Positions 1 to 11,133 of a stretch of 64,000 bases of DNA are shown one piece after another. Numbering within the stretch: position 1 is the stretch's first letter; each line of letters begins with the position of its first letter. Source of the DNA: Macrostomum lignano. Taxonomy: Eukaryota. A model generated the notes under the pieces. That model saw only the letters and a list, made by a program, of their open reading frames with translations. It was not told where the DNA came from and made no database searches. The stretch is taken from assembly GCA_002269645.1 (NCBI GenBank), contig NIVC01002800.1, positions 38,194 to 102,193 of the forward strand. The letters run 5' to 3'. A program made the position numbers and the translations under genes.

Positions 1-2
1 AG

Positions 3-1397
3 TACCTACGCAAACTGCAAGCAGACACATTTCGCTGCTCAATTCGTTGCGTTGAAGATGTTCAGGTTAGTAGCTGGCAGATAAGTATTTCAATTATGTT
101 TAGTATCTGGTTGTCTTATTTTAAGAAAGTTATTGCTGCTGTCAAGTAGTTCTTTAACATTTGACACTATAGATTGACTAAAGATGGAATTGTGAATTGT
201 TAATTTTAATGATAAATCCGAAATTAATTTGTTGATAAATGGTAAATTATATATTTATTACCTATTCTAATTTTCTAACTCTTAATAATCCGATTGTCCT
301 TAATATCTAATCCCGGTTCGTTAATCCTTAGTTGCTAGTCCCGAATGGCTAATCCTTAATAGCAAATCCCAATCTTTTTATCCTTAACTGCTAATCCCGA
401 TCCGTTAATCCTTATTAGCAAATCCCAATCCGTTAATCCTTATTAGCAAATCCCAATCTTTTTATCCTTAACTGCTAATCCCGATCCGTTAATCCTTATT
501 AGCAAATCTCAATCCGTTAATCCTTAATAGCAAATCCCAATCTTTTTATCCTTAACTGCTAATCCCGATCCGTTAATCCTTATTAGCAAATCCCAATCCG
601 TTAATCCTTAATAGCAAATCCCAATCTTTTTATCCTTAACTGCTAATCCCGATCCGTTAATCCTTATTAGCAAATCCCAATCCGTTAATCCTTAATAGCA
701 AATCCCAATCTTTTTATCCTTAACTGCTAATCCCGATCCGTTAATCCTTATTAGCAAATCCCAATCCGTTAATCCTTAATAGCAAATCCCAATCTTTTTA
801 TCCTTAACTGCTAATCCCTATCCGTTAATTTGTCAATTTCTAATCCCAATCTTTTTATCCTTAACTGCTAATCCCAATCGGTTTATCCTTAATCCTGAAA
901 AGCTAATCCCGATTGGTTAATCCTCTTTCTAATCCCAATCCGTTAATCCTCAATTGCTAATCCCGATTCGTTAATCCTTCATCGCTATTCCCAACTTCGC
1001 TAATCCCCAATGCCTAATCCCAACATCGCTAATCCCCAATGCCTAATCCCAACATCGCTAACCCCCAATGCCTAATCCCAAATCGCAGGCCTATCCGAGC
1101 CCCCGCGACTCGCAGAGCTGCCTGGAGCGATGCGGCCAAGTTGTTCAACAGGCTGAGAAAGACATTGAAGTGGAGCTGTCGGGCTTTCAAAACCGAGTCC
1201 AGCGTTGCATGATGGACTGCGGCGACAGGGCGAAGGACGGCCTGCCGGCCTCGCCAAGTTCCGATCAGATCGCCAAAGCTCGAGTCGCTTCGGAGGCGTG
1301 CGCGGAGAAGTGCGTGCGCACCCATCTGGAGCAGCATCTGCCTACGGCAATGAAAAAAATTGGCGAACGACTCAAAGGCTACAAAGTGTCCTTGTAG
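3..1397 (+). CDS. FAM136A: FAM136A/DUF842 family protein, 5' truncated by the window edge; exons <3-65 and 1089-1397
   Basis: Exon 3-65 reads YLRKLQADTFRCSIRCVEDVQ, followed by a gttagt donor. The acceptor aatcgcag at 1088 rejoins in phase 0 to AYPSPRDSQSCLERC...FQNRVQRCMMDCGDRAKD...CAEKCVRTHL. The twin CX3C pattern and the FQxRlxRCxxxCxDrAKD motif match FAM136A as recalled. Confidence 0.88.
310..1085. repeat. Intronic minisatellite, 84-bp higher-order unit made of three ~28-bp TAATCC-rich subunits
   Basis: ccgatccgtt recurs at 481, 565 and 649 (period 84). The units degenerate towards the acceptor at 1088. Confidence 0.92.
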
Positions 1398-1588
1398 AAA
1401 TGACTTGAACTTGGTCTTTGTCTATCCGTGCTTAAATGCGGTTCGAGTTAGAATAGCTTAATGATATTTTAACAACTATTTGTCTCCGACTATTGTTAGT
1501 TCAATTCAGACATCTGAGTTTATTAGTAGCGTTACATTCTGCTTGCAGCAATAATTATTCACTTTTAATTTTGTTAGTTAACTGTTCA

Positions 1589-1594
1589 AATAAA
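1589..1594 (+). terminator. Candidate polyadenylation signal AATAAA for FAM136A
   Basis: AATAAA about 190 nt after the stop codon, in an AT/U-rich 3' UTR. Confidence 0.55.
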
Positions 1595-1656
1595 TGAATT
1601 GATTTTGAAGTGTTCAACTCTTCTTTGGGATGATATACTTTTCATGCAGTTGTCCC

Positions 1657-2948
1657 TCATAGTGTATCTGGATTCCCCATAGTGTATCTGAATTCCCCAT
1701 AGTGTATCGGAATTCCCCTATAGTGTATCCGAATTCCCCATAGTGTATCGGAATTCCCCATAGTGTATCTGAATTCCCCCATAGTGTATCTGAATTCCCC
1801 TATGGTGTATCTGAATTCCCTCATAGTGTATCTGAATTCCCCCATAGTGTATCTGAATTCCCCTATATTGTATCTGAATTCCCCCATAGTGTATCTGAAT
1901 TCCCCCATAGTGTATCTGAATTCCCCTATGGTGTATCTGAATTCCCTCATAGTGTATCTGAATTCCCCCATAGTGTATCTGAATTCCCCTATAGTGTATC
2001 CGAATTCCCCCGTAGTGTATCTGAATCCCTCATAGACAGTGTCTGAATTCCCCTATAGACAGTGTCTGAATTCTCCCATAGACAGTGTCTGAATTCTCCC
2101 ATAGACATCTGAATTCCCCCATAGACAGTATTTTAATTCCCCCATAGACAGTGTCTGAATTCCCCCATAGACAGTATCTGAATTTCCCCATAGGCAGTAT
2201 CTGAATTTCCCCATAGACAGTGTCTGAATTCCCCCATCGACAGTATCTGAATTCCCCTATAGACAGTGTCTGAATTCTCCCATAGACAGTGTCTGAATTC
2301 CCCTATAGACAGTATCTGAATTTCCCCATAGGCAGTGTCTGAATTCCCCCATAGACAGTGTCTAAATTCTCCCAAAGACAGTATCTGAATTCCCCCATGC
2401 TGTATCTTAATTCCCCCATAGACAGTGTCTGAATTCCCCCAAAGACAGTGTCTGAATTCCCCCATAGACAGTATCTGAATTTCCCCATAGGCAGTGTCTG
2501 AATCCCCCCATAGACAGTGTCTAAATTCTCCCAAAGACAGTATCTGAATTCCCCCATGCTGTATCTTAATTCCCCCATAGACAGTGTCTGAATTCCCCCA
2601 AAGACAGTGTCTGAATTCCCCCAAAGACAGTGTCTGAATTCCCCCATAGACAGTGTATGAATTCCCCCATAGACAGTGTATGAATTCCCCCATAGACAGT
2701 GTATGAATTCCCCCATAGACAGTGTATGAATTCCCCCATAGACAGTGTCTGAATTCCCCCATAGACAGTGTCTGAATTCCCCCATAGACAGTGTCTGAAT
2801 TCCCCCATAGACAGTGTATGAATTCCCCCATAGACAGTGCCTGAATTTCCCCACAGACAGTATCTGAATTCCCCCATAGACAGTATCTGAATTCCCCCAT
2901 GCTGTATCTGAATTCCCCCATGCTGTATCTGAGTTCCTTCATAGACAT
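1657..2948. repeat. Intergenic minisatellite: 21-bp unit (ccccatagtgtatctgaattc) changing to a 23-bp unit (cccccatagacagtgtctgaatt) at ~2030
   Basis: Periodicity is directly visible, and nearly every unit contains GAATTC. The array ends about 45 nt before the INTS5 ATG. Confidence 0.95.
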
Positions 2949-2993
2949 TTAAATTGTCGGAATTCCCTGCCCCTCAGCAACAGCAGGCCAGCA

Positions 2994-5900
2994 ATGGCCG
3001 CACCGCAGGGCACAGAGCTGGGCCTGTTCATCGCGGCCAGCAGCGGCGGGGTCCAACTCAACTCGGAGGCCATGGCCGACCTGGCATTGAATCTCCTTCG
3101 CACAGTGCCGCAGGCGCGCCTCGCCGTGTTGGAGCACTTCAGCAGCGTGTTTAACGACTACGTGTGCAATAGCGCTTTGCACGCCAAATCAACCCAGTGC
3201 GAGCCGGTGCGCAAGACTCTAGCCAATCATATTAGCCGGCTTTGCTCGGCCTTGGATCAGCTGATGCCAACGGCTCCAACGGGATTCGCTAGCGACGTCT
3301 GCCGTTGGAGTTTGGACCTGTTGGCCAGCTTGTGCCTGAAGTACGCGCCGCATGTGATTGGCGAGGCGCATCAGATCCAGCGGAGCCGGGATGGTTGGTT
3401 GCTCAGACTGTTGTGTGGGATTATGGGACTATGGGATTAGTGGCTGCGGGATTATTGAATTAGGGATTATGGGCTGCTGGATTATTGAATTAGGGATTAT
3501 GAGCTGTGATGGGATTAGTGGCTTCGGGATGATTGAATTAGGGATTATGGGCTGTGGGATTATTGAATTAGGGATTATGAGCTGTGGTGGGATTAGTGGC
3601 TTCGGGATGATTGAATTAGGGATTATGGGCTGTGGGATTATTGAATTAGGGATTATGAGCTGTGGTGGGATTAGTGGCTTCGGAATTATTGAATTAGGGA
3701 TTATGGGCTGCTGGATTATTGAATTAGGGATTATCAGCTGTGATGGGATTAGTGGCTTCGGGATGATTGAATTAGGGATTATGGGCTGTGGGATTATTGA
3801 ATTAGGGATTATGAGCTGTGGTGGGATTAGTGGCTTCGGGATGATTGAATTAGGGATTATGGGCTGTGGGATTATTGAATTAGGGATTATGAGCTGTGGT
3901 GGGATTAGTGGCTTCGGGATGATTGAATTAGGGATTATGGGCTGTGGGATTATTGAATTAGGGATTATGAGCTGTGGTGGGATTAGTGGCTTCGGGATGA
4001 TTGAATTAGGGATTATGGGCTGTGTTACGTTCAGACTGGGATTATTTACCGGCTTCCAATATACTAAAAATGATGGACTATAATTAGGACATAATTATGA
4101 ACTTAAAATATTTACTGGAAAAACAGAGCAGAGGATTAATAGTTTTAAGAAAAAATGACTGCATGCATATTCGAAGAGGAAATTTTGATTGTAGTACAGC
4201 TCGTAACTGCTGATTAGTGTACGATATCCGAGATTCGAGCTCGGGACCTAATATATCCTCCTACCCTCCCTTCGAATGCCTAAAAGCAGCGGACAGGCAG
4301 CCAATGGAGGAGCGCACCCGCCAATGGCTATCAGTTCCCGGCATCCCCGAGCTGCTGGGCATCGCTCAGCGATTCGGCGAGCGCGACGATTTCTCGGACG
4401 GCCTTCTGGCCGGCCAGCCGCAGCTCGACTGGTTGCTGGCGGCGCCGGCCGCGACTGTCGGACTTTGCGGTCGTCGGAGCGCCTCGGCTTCGGCTGCCGT
4501 TCTGGACCGTCTGTTGGACCGCGCTATGCGGGACGGCTCGACTAGGTGAGTGAGCCTGCTCTGGTGGCTTTATGATGTGAGTTAGTTAGTTAGTTAGTTT
4601 GTTTGTTTGTTAGTTAGTTAGTTAGTTAGTTATTTAGTTTGTTAGTTTGATAGTTATTAAGTTAGTTATTTAGTTTGTTTGTTAGTTAGTTAGTTAGTTA
4701 GTTAGTTATTTAGTTAGTTAGTTAGTTAGTTTGTTAGTTTGTTAGTTTGTTTGTTAGTTAGTTTGTTTGTTTGTTAGTTAGTTAGTCAGTTAGTTAGTTA
4801 GTTAGTTAATAGTAGGTTAGCCAGCCAGTCAGTCAGCCAGTCAGTCAGCCAGTCAGTCAGTCAGTCAGTCAGTCAGCCAGTCAGTCAGCCAGTCAGTCAG
4901 TCAGTCAGTCAGTCAGTCAGTCAGTCAGCCAGTCAGTCAGTCAGTCAGTCAGTCAGTCAGTCAGTCGGTCTGTCAGTCAGTCAGTCAGCCAGTCAGTCAG
5001 CCAGTCAGTCAGTCAGTCAGTCAGTCAGTCAGTCAGTCAGTCAGTCAGTCAGTCAGTCAGTCAGTCAGTCAGTCAGTCAGTCAGTCAGTCAGTCAGTCGG
5101 TCTGTCAGTCAGCCAGTCATGCCTGTCTCATATGCACCCCATTCGCAGAGACGGCTCCGGTCGGATGCCGCCCAGCCTGCTGGACCTGCTGGCTCACCTG
5201 GCTGTCAACCGGCGTGGCGAACTCTGCGCCGCACTGCGCCGACTCTGCCGCAAAGCGGAGTCCGACCGGCGCCAGCTGGCCACCTTCCTGCTGCACCTGG
5301 CCGCCTTTGGCTCGGCCGGGCTGTCCGGCCTGCTGGTCGAGCTGGCCGTCAGATTCGCCTCGGCCAATCCAGAGCAGCTCGCTGGCGCCCTCGACGCGAT
5401 GCTATCCGACAATCCCGACGCCGTGGTCGATGCTGCCGAGCGTCGACAGATGGCCGCCTCAGTGCTGCTTCGCTGCCAGGAGCCGTCCGGTCTCCGCATG
5501 CTGCGGCTGCTCCTTCAGGCGGTCCGACGGCGGCCGAACGCCGGCCAGTCGAAGACCTGCGCCTTGTTGCTGGCCAGCGTGTCCTCATCCGCTCTGCGAT
5601 CTCTGCCTGGCTCGCTGCAGCCGGGCCAGCAGCAGCAGCAGGAGCCGCAGCAGGCGCTACTTCGCCTGACTGACCGTCTGACAGCCAGGTGTCCGTATTC
5701 TGCCCGCCTGCTAGCTGCGGCCGCTGTCGCTGGCGGCCGGCCCGGCTGTCTGCAACGGCTACTCCGGCCAGCTTTAACCGGACATCCGAAACTGCTGCTG
5801 CAGGCGCTGGATGTTATCGAACTGCACGATAGCGGTGAGGGCTGTTTGGAAGGATTAAGTTATCGGCGTTAAAATATCCCAATAAGTTTCATGTTTCGGC

Positions 5901-8862
5901 CTTAAAATACTCGTATTTGAACAACTTAACTATCGGGTGTCGGTTTAAAAGAACTACTTTTTGAGATATTTTTTGCCCTCTCAAAACTAGTTGCCTATCC
6001 TAAAATATCGGGCCCCGGCCTTCAAAAACTTTGAAAGTTGAAAGTGCCTTTGAGCTTTGAAAGTGCCAAAAAGGTCTTAATAAACCCCCCTTTGAAGAGA
6101 TCCGCCTCTAAAAAAGCTTTCTTAAAAAATCGGCCTTCAAAATGCCTTCTGAAAAATCGGCTTTTGGAAATTGCTTCGAAAGAATCTGCCTTCATAAATT
6201 TCTTGAGAAAATCGGCCTTTAAAAGTGTCTTGAAAAAATAGGCCTTTAAAACTTTCTTGAAAAAAAACCAGCCTTTAAAAGTTTCTTTTGAAGAAATCGG
6301 CCTTCAAAAATGCCTTTTTGAAGAAATCAGCCTTCAATACTGCATTTAAAAAATCGATAAACACCTTATGAAAAAAATTGGCTTTCAAAAGCAACGTTAA
6401 GATTTCCTTATCTTTGAAAATTTCTTGACCTCTTTAAGGACTCGTAAGGATTTAATTCGAAATGATTTTTATAACAATCAAGTCAGCGGTAAGTCAATAA
6501 AACTGCCTTCTAGATGCCGCAGACGCCATTGCCGACTGCCTGCTTCAGCGGCTGCTGTCTGCTGCCGATTGGCGCCTTCGCCGGCACCTCCTACGCAGCG
6601 CCGGCGCTCTCCTAGCCGAAGAGGCCAGCCAGGAGCGGCGCCGATTGGCTGGCGCTCTCGGCCGCCAGCTGCCTCGCCTGCTGCGCCTGCTGGACGCCGG
6701 GCCGGGGCCGGCCGGTGTTGCCGACCTGCTGGCACTGACTGGCCGGCTGGAGTTTCACAGATCTGTGAGCGCTGCCGCATTTACTGAACTGATTGGGGAT
6801 TTGGGCGCTTTGCATAGGCTTGAAATTTCACATGAGTCTTGTTACTCACTTTTGCTAGCTTATAACTTCACTCTGGCAGCTTCGAGCTTGAGAAGTTTTG
6901 ATCTTGTGAAGTTTCGAGTTTGAGAAGTTTTGAGCTTGTGAAGTTTCGAGTTAGAGAAGTTTTGATATTGTGAAGTTTCGAGTTTGAGAAGTTTTGATCT
7001 TGTGAAGTCTCGAGCTTCAGAAGTTTTGATATTGTGAAGTTTCGAGTTTGAGAAGTTTTGATATTGTGAAGTTTCGAGCTTGAGAAGTTTTGATCTTGTG
7101 AAATTTTGAGCTTGAGAAGTTTTGATATTGTGAAGTCTCGAGCTTGAGAAATTTTGATCTTGTGAAGTCTCGAGCTTGAGAAGTTTTGATCTTGTGAAGT
7201 CTCGAGCTTGAGAAGTTTTGATCTGTAACGTAACTGTAACGATTCTATTTACAAGGCACCCTTAGCCGATTGCATAGCAGCCACAGGCGCTCTGTCCCGA
7301 GCTGTCGTTCACTGCCTGTTGGAATCTCCAGCCGATGAGACCGTCGGTCAAGTCGACAGCCTGGCCGACCAGTTGGCCGACCAGCTGCTGGGCGCCGCCC
7401 GTCTCTATCCGCACTGCCGCGTCGCCGCCATCCGCCAGCTGGTCCAAGCCATGCTCTCGCCGTCGCCTCCGCCGCCTCCGCCTCCGTCGGCGTCGGTCGT
7501 AGCCGTCGACTCGCCGTCAACCGGCAGTGTGGCTTTAATCACTTCGCGTCCGCCGAGTGTCGACGTCGCCGGCCAGCTGTTGAGACGGCGGGCACCGCTG
7601 GCCAATCGTTCTGCTGCCGCCGACGCTGCCAGCTCAATGTCGATGACGTCGGCTGCCGAGATGCGCTGGTCAGCCGAGCAGGACCTGCTGGCTCTGCTGC
7701 ACCGGCTGGTTATGGACGGCGACGCGGCCAAGTGTGGCGGCAGCGGCGGCTCCCAGGCCGCTGCCCGAGCCCTGGCCGTGGCCCTGTCTCAGGCCGCCTG
7801 TCCTGAGGGCGCCCTTCTGGCTATGGCCGCCACGCTAGACAAGGTGAGGCTGAGGTAGAGAGAGATGAGGCTGAAGTGGGGAGATGAGGCTGCGGTAAAG
7901 AGATGAGGCTGAAATGGGGAGATGAGGCTGAGATGGGAAGATGAGGCTGAGATGGGGAGATGAGACTGCGGTAAAGAGATAAGGCTGAGGTGGGGAGACG
8001 AGGCTGAGATGAGGAGATGAGGCTGCAGTGGGGAGATGAGGCTGAGATGGGAGATGAGGCTGAGATGGGAGATGAGGCTGAGGTGGGGAGATGAGGCTGA
8101 GATGAGGAGATGAGGCTGCAGTGGGGAGATGAGGCTGAGATGGGAGATGAGGCTAAGGTGGGGAGATGAGGCTGCGGTAAAGAGATAAGGCTGAGGTGGG
8201 GAGATGAGGCTGAGATGCGGAGATGAGGCTGAGATGGGGTGATGAGGCTAAGATGAGGAAATGAGGCTGAGATGGGTAGATGAGGTTATACTAGGTAGAG
8301 AACAGGCTAAAGAAAGTCAGGTGATTTTCCACCCCAGGTGGGTCTGGAGTCCGGCACCCGAGTCCTGTCGCAGTTCCGCGCCCGCCCAGTCGCCCTGTGG
8401 GGCGCCCTGGAGCTCGCGGCCAGACTTGGCGAGCCGTGCGTGCTGGCCGAGGCCGCTCCGCTGCTGGCCGCCCTGCTCACCGGCCTGACCGTCCACTGGG
8501 GCTCCCGCCGGCAGCAGCCGCAGTCGTCGGCGTGCGCCGGCGCCGCCGCAGAGACCCGCCGGTTGATCGGCCTGCTCCGGGCCGGCCGCCTGCTGTCTCC
8601 TCCGCTGGACCGTCTGGACGCTATTGTCGACTGTCTGACACCGGCCGAGCTGCACCCGCTGCTCGAGGAGCTTCGCCGAGCCGTGCTGGAGGCGGCCGAC
8701 TGGGCCAGACGGGAAGGACCGCAGGCGGTGGCAAAGGCCGGATTGGTCAGCGCCGAGCGGGCGGCGCCGCTGCTCAACCGGCTGCTGCATCGTCACGTGA
8801 CCCGGCTGGCCCCGCTGTTTGGCGAGTTCTTTAGCCCGGGTGGCGGCTTGGCCTGTCACTGA
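2994..8862 (+). CDS. INTS5: Integrator complex subunit 5; exons 2994-3393, 4290-4545, 5149-5834, 6514-6764, 7256-7843, 8338-8862 (~901 aa)
   Basis: NLLRTVPQARLAVLEHFSSVF, RWSLDLLASLCLKY and PQLDWLLA match the INTS5 N-terminal motifs as recalled ([38 protein letters not shown]). All five junctions are GT-AG and phase-consistent, and the exons total 2706 nt. The exon 1 and exon 4 donors are best guesses. Confidence 0.8.
3410..4025. repeat. INTS5 intron 1 minisatellite, 30-bp subunits in a 78-bp higher-order repeat; contains TTAGGG
   Basis: gggattattgaattagggattatgggctgt units; the spurious ORF repeats every 26 aa. Confidence 0.92.
4580..5120. repeat. INTS5 intron 2 tetranucleotide microsatellite, (TTAG/TTTG)n switching to (TCAG/CCAG)n at ~4820
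   Basis: Directly visible. Confidence 0.95.
6040..6430. repeat. INTS5 intron 3 degenerate AT-rich tandem repeat (gaaaaatcggccttcaaaa-like)
   Basis: aaatcggcctt and aaatcagcctt motifs recur with variable spacing. Confidence 0.65.
6880..7222. repeat. INTS5 intron 4 minisatellite, 32-bp unit tgaagtttcgagcttgagaagttttgatcttg
   Basis: About 10 visible units. Confidence 0.92.
7844..8300. repeat. INTS5 intron 5 minisatellite, 19-20-bp unit gagatgaggctgag(a/g)tggg
   Basis: Starts at the donor gtgaggctgag, which resembles the unit. Confidence 0.92.
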
Positions 8863-10762
8863 TGATTTGATAATCTGACTGGTGATTTAATAATCTGACT
8901 GGTGATTTGATAATCTGACTGGTGATTTATTAATCTGACTGATGATTTGATAATCTGACTGGTGATTTGATAATCTGACTGGTGATTTAATAATCTGACT
9001 GGTGATTTGATAATCTGACTGGTGATTTGATAATCTGACTGGTGATTTGATAATCTGACTGGTGATTTGATAATCTGACTGGTGATTTGATAATCTGACT
9101 GGTGATTTGATAATCTGACTGGTGATTTGATAATCTGACTGATGATTTGATAATCTGACTGGTGATTTGATAATCTGACTGGTGATTTGATAATCTGACT
9201 GGTGATTTGATAATCTGACTGGTGATTTGATAATCTGACTGGTGATTTGATAATCTGACTGATGATTTGATAATCTGACTGGTGATTTAATAATCTGACT
9301 GGTGATTTAATAATCTGACTGGTGATTTGATAATCTGACTGGTGATTTGATAATCTGACTGGTGATTTGATAATCTGACTGGTGATTTGATAATCTGACT
9401 GGTGATTTAATAATCTGACTGGTGATTTGATAATCTGACTGGTGATTTGATAATCTGACTGGTGATTTGATCATCTGACTGATGATTTGATCACTGATGA
9501 TTTGATCGCTAATGATTTGATAATCTGACTGGTGATTTGATAATCTGACTGGTGATTTAATAATCTGACTTGTGATTTGATAATCTGACTGGTGATTTGA
9601 TAATCTGACTGGTGATTTGATAATCTGACTGATGATTTGATAATCTGACTGATGATTTGATAATCTGACTGGTGATTTGATAATCTGACTGGTGATTTGA
9701 TAATCTGACTGGTGATTTGATAATCTGACTGGTGATTTGATAATCTGACTGGTGATTTGATAATCTGACTGGTGATTTGATAATCTGACTGGTGATTTGA
9801 TAATCTGACTGGTGATTTGATAATCTGACTGGTGATTTGATAATCTGACTGACTGATGATTTGATAATCTGACTGATGATTGGATAATCTGACTGACTGA
9901 TGATTTGATAATCTGACTGATGATTTGATAATCTGACTGACTGATGATTTGATAATCTGACTGATGATTTGATAATCTGACTGACTGATGATTTGATAAT
10001 CTGACTGACTGATGATTTGATAATCTGACTGACTGATGATTTGATAATCTGACTGATGATTGGATAATCTGACTGATGATTGGATAATCTGACTGATGAT
10101 TTGATAATCTGACTGACTGATGATTTGATAATCTGACTGATGATTTGATAATCTGACTGACTGATGATTTGATAATCTGACTGATGATTGGATAATCTGA
10201 CTGACTGATGATTTGATAATCTGACTGATGATTGGATAATCTGACTGACTGATGATTTGATAATCTGACTGATGATTGGATAATCTGACTGACTGATGAT
10301 TTGATAATCTGACTGATGATTTGATAATCTGACTGACTGATGATTTGATAATCTGACTGATGATTTGATAATCTGACTGACTGATGATTTGATAATCTGA
10401 CTGACTGATGATTTGATAATCTGACTGATGATTTGATAATCTGACTGACTGATGATTTGATAATCTGACTGATGATTTGATCACTGATGATTTGATAATC
10501 TGACTGGTGATTTGATAATCTGACTGATGATTTGATAATCTGACTGATGATTTGATAATCTGACTGATGATTTGATAATCTGACTGATGATTTAATAATC
10601 TGACTGATGATTTGATAATCTGACTGATGATTTGATAATCTGACTGATGATTTGATAATCTGACTGATGATTTGATAATCTGACTGACTGATGATTTGAT
10701 AATCTGACTGATGATTTGATAATCTGACAGACTGATGATTTGATAATCTGACTGATGATCTG
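8856..10762. repeat. 1.9-kb minisatellite starting at the INTS5 stop; 20-bp unit gatttgataatctgactggt, with 20/24-bp variants after ~9840
   Basis: Exact 20-bp period across 9001-9840; an extra gact is inserted in later units. Confidence 0.96.
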
Positions 10763-11133
10763 ACGGCTTCAAATTCAAATTCGGCTTGTTAGCTATTATT
10801 AATTTTTGGCAAGCATTTTTCATCAGTTCATTAACAGTTAACTTATTTTCTGTTAGTAGCAACATGTGTATGTATGAGTTAGTGTTGGTTGCCGATTGAA
10901 ATATTTCGTGTACTAATTATATAATAGATATTACACAGCCAAGTTCCTTGTTGCTTTTAAAAACGCAGTTCAGCCAATTAAAAATATTCATCGCGCGCTT
11001 TTTTCACTCCAACTTTAAATTTTAGTTGCAAAATACAAAAAAATGCCTACTGACAAGTAGGATAGAGCGACTATCATTGCTTTTCTCGGTTAGATAGCTA
11101 AATAGTGTGTATAAATTTTTTCAGCGGCATATC

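Noticed and set aside
5119-8859. Overlapping and antisense ORFs on GC-rich exons (also at 13.0-13.7, 22.4-23.0, 26.2-27.0, 45.1-45.8 and 48.8-49.2 kb)
   Set aside because: These are shadow ORFs expected from GC-rich, stop-poor coding DNA. The homology lies in one frame only.
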